Source of the DNA: Spirochaetota bacterium
Lineage (GTDB): Bacteria > Spirochaetota > UBA4802 > UBA5550
Reading direction: 5' to 3'
Length of the DNA: 64,000 nucleotides
NCBI GenBank assembly: GCA_016929135.1
Contig: JAFGJK010000013.1
Span: 285 to 64,284 of the forward strand
Shown here in pieces: positions 54,347-64,000 of the stretch. Position 1 is the stretch's first letter. Every line of letters starts with the position of its first letter. The notes under the pieces are model-generated. The model saw only the letters and a list, made by a program, of their open reading frames with translations. It made no database searches and was not told where the DNA came from. A program made the translations under genes and the position numbers.

Positions 54347-55753
54347 TCAGGAAAAATCGAAGCCCCCGCGAAACAGGGAGAGGCACGCCTCCACGACGCG
54401 CTCCTCGTAGAAGGTGCCCGCGTTGTTCTGAATCTCTTCGAGGGCCCTCTCCACCCCCATGGCGGGACGGTAGGGACGGTGCGACGCCATGGCCTCCACC
54501 ACGTCCGCCACCGCGATGATCCGCGCCTCGGCGATGATCTCCTCGCCCTTCAGCCCCCGCGGGTACCCGGAGCCGTCGAGCCGCTCGTGGTGCTGGTACA
54601 CCGCCTGGGCGATGGGCCACGGGTACTCTATGTCCCTGAGGATTCTGTACCCCGACTCGGGATGTTCCTTGATGATCTCGAATTCTATCTCGCTGAGTTT
54701 CCTGGGGCTCGTGAGTATCTCCGCGGGGATCGAGATCTTGCCGAGGTCGTGGACGCTGGAGGCCAGGTAGAGCCCGTTGCTGCGGTCCTCATTCATCCCC
54801 AGAATTCTGCCCATGGCGATGGTCAGGTGGGCCACCCGTTTCTGGTGCCCCGCCGTGTAGGGATCGCGGCATTCCAGGGCCATGGACACCGCGTGGATGC
54901 TGTCGAAGAGTGTCTTGTTGAGCCTGCGGTACCCCTCCCGGATCCTGTCGCGGGCGAGGACGCGGTCGGTGACGTCGCTCACGGTGAGCACGTAACCGGT
55001 GATCCTTCCGGCCTCGTATATGGGGGCGAGCCTGCATTCCGCATCGAAGGCGTTCCCCCCCTTCGCGCGGACGCTGCACTCCGCCGCGGACCGCTTCGAC
55101 GGGGAGGCGGAATTTCCGCTCCCCTCCGCGCCGGCCGACAGCAGGGGGGGGATCTCGCTGCCGAAGAGGATATCGAGCCCCTTCCCGGCGAGCTCCTCCG
55201 CCCGGTACCCCAGCAGCGCGGTCCCCGACCTGTTCACCGAAACGAAACGCAGCGCCTCGTCGAGCCCCAGTATCCCCTCGCCGGCGGAATCGAGTATCAG
55301 GGTGTTCCTGGTGCGCAGCTGCTCCATCGCCGACTCCGCCTCCCGGCGCTGGAGGCGCTCCCGGAACTCCTCCACGGCCCTTCGGAACGCCGAGGGGAGC
55401 TTCCCCAGATGGTTCTTGTTGATGCAGTCGGTGGCGCCCCGCCTGATCGCCTCTATGGCCAGGTCCTCGCCGATGGCGCCGCTGACGAAGATGAACGGGA
55501 TCTCCCGGTCGCGCCGCCGCACCGCCTCCAGGGCGAGGAAGCCGTCATAGGAGGGTATGCAGAAATCGGAGATGACCACCTCCGGCCTGAACTCGTCGAG
55601 GGCCTCGATATAATCGCGCTCATTGTCGACGTGCCGGTAATCATACTGGATCTCCGACTTATCCATCTCGCTGTTCATGAGCTCGGCGTCCCTGGCGTCA
55701 TCCTCCAGTATCAGGACCCGCACCGCCGTGCTCACCGGGGCCCCTTCAGCCAT
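54347..55753 (-). CDS. Response regulator REC / PAS / HD-GYP (putative phosphorylation-controlled c-di-GMP phosphodiesterase)
   Basis: VRVLILEDDARDAELM, VVISDFCIPSYDG, then a PAS region. HD-GYP motifs: HQKRVAHLTIAMG, SVHDLGKISIPAEIL, HHERLDGSGYPRGL, ADVVEAMASHRPYR. Confidence 0.85.
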   Translation of the reverse strand: MAEGAPVSTAVRVLILEDDARDAELMNSEMDKSEIQYDYRHVDNERDYIEALDEFRPEVVISDFCIPSYDGFLALEAVRRRDREIPFIFVSGAIGEDLAIEAIRRGATDCINKNHLGKLPSAFRRAVEEFRERLQRREAESAMEQLRTRNTLILDSAGEGILGLDEALRFVSVNRSGTALLGYRAEELAGKGLDILFGSEIPPLLSAGAEGSGNSASPSKRSAAECSVRAKGGNAFDAECRLAPIYEAGRITGYVLTVSDVTDRVLARDRIREGYRRLNKTLFDSIHAVSMALECRDPYTAGHQKRVAHLTIAMGRILGMNEDRSNGLYLASSVHDLGKISIPAEILTSPRKLSEIEFEIIKEHPESGYRILRDIEYPWPIAQAVYQHHERLDGSGYPRGLKGEEIIAEARIIAVADVVEAMASHRPYRPAMGVERALEEIQNNAGTFYEERVVEACLSLFRGGFDFS

Positions 55754-56627
55754 TCCCCCCCTCCACGCCGCCGGTCTTCCCGCAGGGATCGCCGCCGGTG
55801 ACCCTCAAAAGGTTCGCCAGGTCGATGATCTCCGAATGCATGGCGATGATATCGGGGTCGTCCCGCCACGGCCCATCCTTGCTCCTGAGGCGCTCCAGCA
55901 GCTCCAGAATCCTTTCGACCGACCGGGTGATGGCCTGCTCGGGCACCGTGATATGCCCCCCACCCTCCCTGGCACGCCGCCGCACCGCCGTCACCAGCCT
56001 CTTCCTCAGCAGTCCGGATTTCACCGCCCGCACCAGCCTCTCGTCGGTGATCCCGTCCTTGATGAGGTAATTCACCGCGCCGAGCTTTATGGCGCTCACC
56101 GCCACCGTTTCGCTCCCCTGGCTGGTCATCATGATCACCGGAACGTCCTTCACCGCATCGGTCTTCCGGATCCACTGCAGCACCTCCAGGCCGTTGGAGC
56201 CGGGGAGCCGGTAGTCCAGGAGCACGCAGTCGGGCGTCTCCGTCTCAAAAATACGCGCGGCCTCCTGCCCGCTCTCCGCCTCCAAGACGGTGAAGCGCAT
56301 ATCCACTGCGTTTTCAAGGTAGGTGCGGAAGAGCTCCCTGTCATAGGGGTCGTCGTCGATGATGAGGACGGAGACGGGGCCACTGCCTGCAAGCTCGCCC
56401 AGTGCCTCATCGGGCACGGGGTGGCCCGCCTTGTCCAGCAACACCTCGTAGGGGATCCCGTAGAGCTCGCCGATCCTTCTCAGTATCTCCGGGGACGGCC
56501 GCGTGATGTGTCCGTTTTCAATCTGATTCAGGTAGGCATTGGAGATACCGCTCTTGACTTCGGCCTCCTTCAGTGAGAGAGGGATCCGCTCCCTCGCCGC
56601 CTTGATTACGGGGCCCAGTTCTTCCAT
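55746..56627 (-). CDS. XRE-family HTH fused N-terminally to a receiver domain, with a C-terminal helical tail
   Basis: IKAARERIPLSLKEAEVKSGISNAYLNQIENGHITRPSPEILRRIGELYGIPYEVLL is the Cro/C1 HTH. The REC follows: VLIIDDDPYDREL, CVLLDYRLPGSNGLEVL, VIMMTSQG, NYLIKD. It overlaps the next gene by 8 nt. Confidence 0.8.
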   Translation of the reverse strand: MEELGPVIKAARERIPLSLKEAEVKSGISNAYLNQIENGHITRPSPEILRRIGELYGIPYEVLLDKAGHPVPDEALGELAGSGPVSVLIIDDDPYDRELFRTYLENAVDMRFTVLEAESGQEAARIFETETPDCVLLDYRLPGSNGLEVLQWIRKTDAVKDVPVIMMTSQGSETVAVSAIKLGAVNYLIKDGITDERLVRAVKSGLLRKRLVTAVRRRAREGGGHITVPEQAITRSVERILELLERLRSKDGPWRDDPDIIAMHSEIIDLANLLRVTGGDPCGKTGGVEGGNG

Positions 56628-56675
56628 CGATCCTCCCGACAGGCACGCTTACACTCCATTGGAGCAGGCAATTTC

Positions 56676-56704
56676 AAAATAGCACGTTCCGCCCTTCATG
56701 TCAA
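56676..56704 (-). promoter_or_regulatory. Sigma70-type promoter for the XRE-REC / REC-HD-GYP pair
   Basis: The minus strand reads TTGACA (56704-56699), a 17-nt spacer (tgaagggcggaacgtgc), then TATTTT (56681-56676), about 50 nt before the ATG at 56627. Confidence 0.4.
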
Positions 56705-56780
56705 ACAAAACCTCCCGTTCATCTCACCGCATCGAGCGGCGCGGTCTGCCTTATGCCGGCGGCCCTTTCGCTTCCGCATC

Positions 56781-57701
56781 TCATTCCGCAAGGATCACCC
56801 GGTTCTTGTTCTCCCGCTTCCCGCGATACATGGCGTCGTCGGCCCTGCGGATATTCTCGTCGATACCGGCCTCGTGCCGGTACTGGGCGACGCCGACGGT
56901 GATGGTTATCGTGAGCGCCATCCCGTCGTACCGCACCTCCGACGCCTCCACCGCCGCCCGAATCTTCTCCGCGATCACCGCCGCCCCCGGCAGGGGGGTC
57001 TCCGGGAAGACCAGCAGGAATTCCTCGCCGCCCCAGCGTGAGGCCATGTCCTCCTTCCTCATGCTCTCCGTGATGATCGCTGCGGTCTGCTTCAGTACCA
57101 GGTCGCCGCACACGTGACCGTGGGTATCGTTGATCATCTTGAAATCGTCGATATCCACCATGGCGACGGAGAGACCGGTGCCGTGGCGCAGCGACCGCGC
57201 CGTCTCCTGCTGGAGCCTGTCCAGCAGGTACCTGCGGTTGGCCAGCCCCGTGAGGGGATCGACCCTGGCCATGGTCTCCATCTGCTCCAGCGCCGAGGCG
57301 AGCCTCCTGTTCATCTCCTCCAGGCGCTCCCTGGCCTGCTTCAGCTCCAGGTGCGTCCGTACCCTGGCATGGAGCTCCTGCGGGTTGAAGGGCTTGGTGA
57401 TGTAGTCCTCGCCGCCCGCGTCGAAGCCGCGCACCACGTCGTCGGCATCGCTCCTGGCGGTGATGAAGATGACCGGGATGTCCGCGGTGAGGGGATTCCT
57501 CTTGAGCTCGATGCAGGCCTGGTAGCCGTCGATCCCCGGCATCATGACGTCCATGAGCACCAGGTCGGGGATCACCGAGGCCGCCAGCTCCAGGGCCGTC
57601 TTCCCGTCCTTGGCGACGAAGACCTCGTAGTCCCTCTTCAGCAGCTCCCCCAGGTACAGCACGTTCGTTGACTCGTCGTCGGCGATCAGTATCTTCGGCA
57701 T
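56781..57701 (-). CDS. Response regulator REC / GGDEF diguanylate cyclase
   Basis: MPKILIADDESTN, LVLMDVMMPGIDGY, a coiled linker, then GGDEF: DPLTGLANRRY, VAMVDIDDFKMINDTHGH, SRWGGEEFLLVF. It starts 3 nt after the upstream kinase's stop. Confidence 0.9.
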   Translation of the reverse strand: MPKILIADDESTNVLYLGELLKRDYEVFVAKDGKTALELAASVIPDLVLMDVMMPGIDGYQACIELKRNPLTADIPVIFITARSDADDVVRGFDAGGEDYITKPFNPQELHARVRTHLELKQARERLEEMNRRLASALEQMETMARVDPLTGLANRRYLLDRLQQETARSLRHGTGLSVAMVDIDDFKMINDTHGHVCGDLVLKQTAAIITESMRKEDMASRWGGEEFLLVFPETPLPGAAVIAEKIRAAVEASEVRYDGMALTITITVGVAQYRHEAGIDENIRRADDAMYRGKRENKNRVILAE

Positions 57702-57704
57702 GTG

Positions 57705-63980
<6,276 letters not shown>

Positions 63981-64000
63981 TCCGATGATTCTCTTCAGTG

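Overview
GC-rich (about 60-65% by eye) bacterial chromosomal segment with about 48 protein-coding genes. I saw no rRNA, tRNA or CRISPR array. Many long track ORFs are antisense shadows of real genes, as expected at this GC content. About 14 genes encode signal-transduction proteins: four 7TMR-DISM receptors, each with a different output; two HAMP/class III nucleotide cyclases; two HD-GYP proteins; a REC-GGDEF protein; an MCP; several PAS-rich histidine kinases; and an XRE-HTH/REC protein. The window also holds a LacI-controlled sugar locus (GPH transporter, GH57-like enzyme, TIM-barrel isomerase, fucI), a TetR-headed outer-membrane gene pair, mgtE, a cold-shock gene, hydrolases and several orphan genes.

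The most interesting signal is at 794-8182. Two tandem paralogues each fuse a 7TMR-DISM sensor, a histidine kinase, a receiver and a C-terminal LytTR DNA-binding domain into one membrane protein. Three copies of a 38-bp element accompany them. Each copy is two 9-mers (ACAGTTCAT / ACAGCTTRT) separated by exactly 12 nt, which fits the published LytTR (AgrA/ComE-type) half-site and spacing. All three copies point at a downstream gene: a repeat lipoprotein, the first fused kinase, and a cyclase / coiled-coil / beta-barrel operon.

An AT-rich island at 921-2022 carries an IS200/RAYT-like HUH transposase bounded by 14-bp inverted repeats, and sits between the kinase pair and one of the boxes. Smaller observations:
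- a PAP2 phosphatase gene with an in-frame TAG inside its catalytic motif
- a cyclase whose N-terminal TM helix lies upstream of any canonical start codon
- a six-gene c-di-GMP/phosphorelay cluster (49273-63980)
- several operator-like palindromes

All domain calls come from motif recognition by eye; no searches were run. Hand-counted coordinates of small sites may be off by 1 nt.
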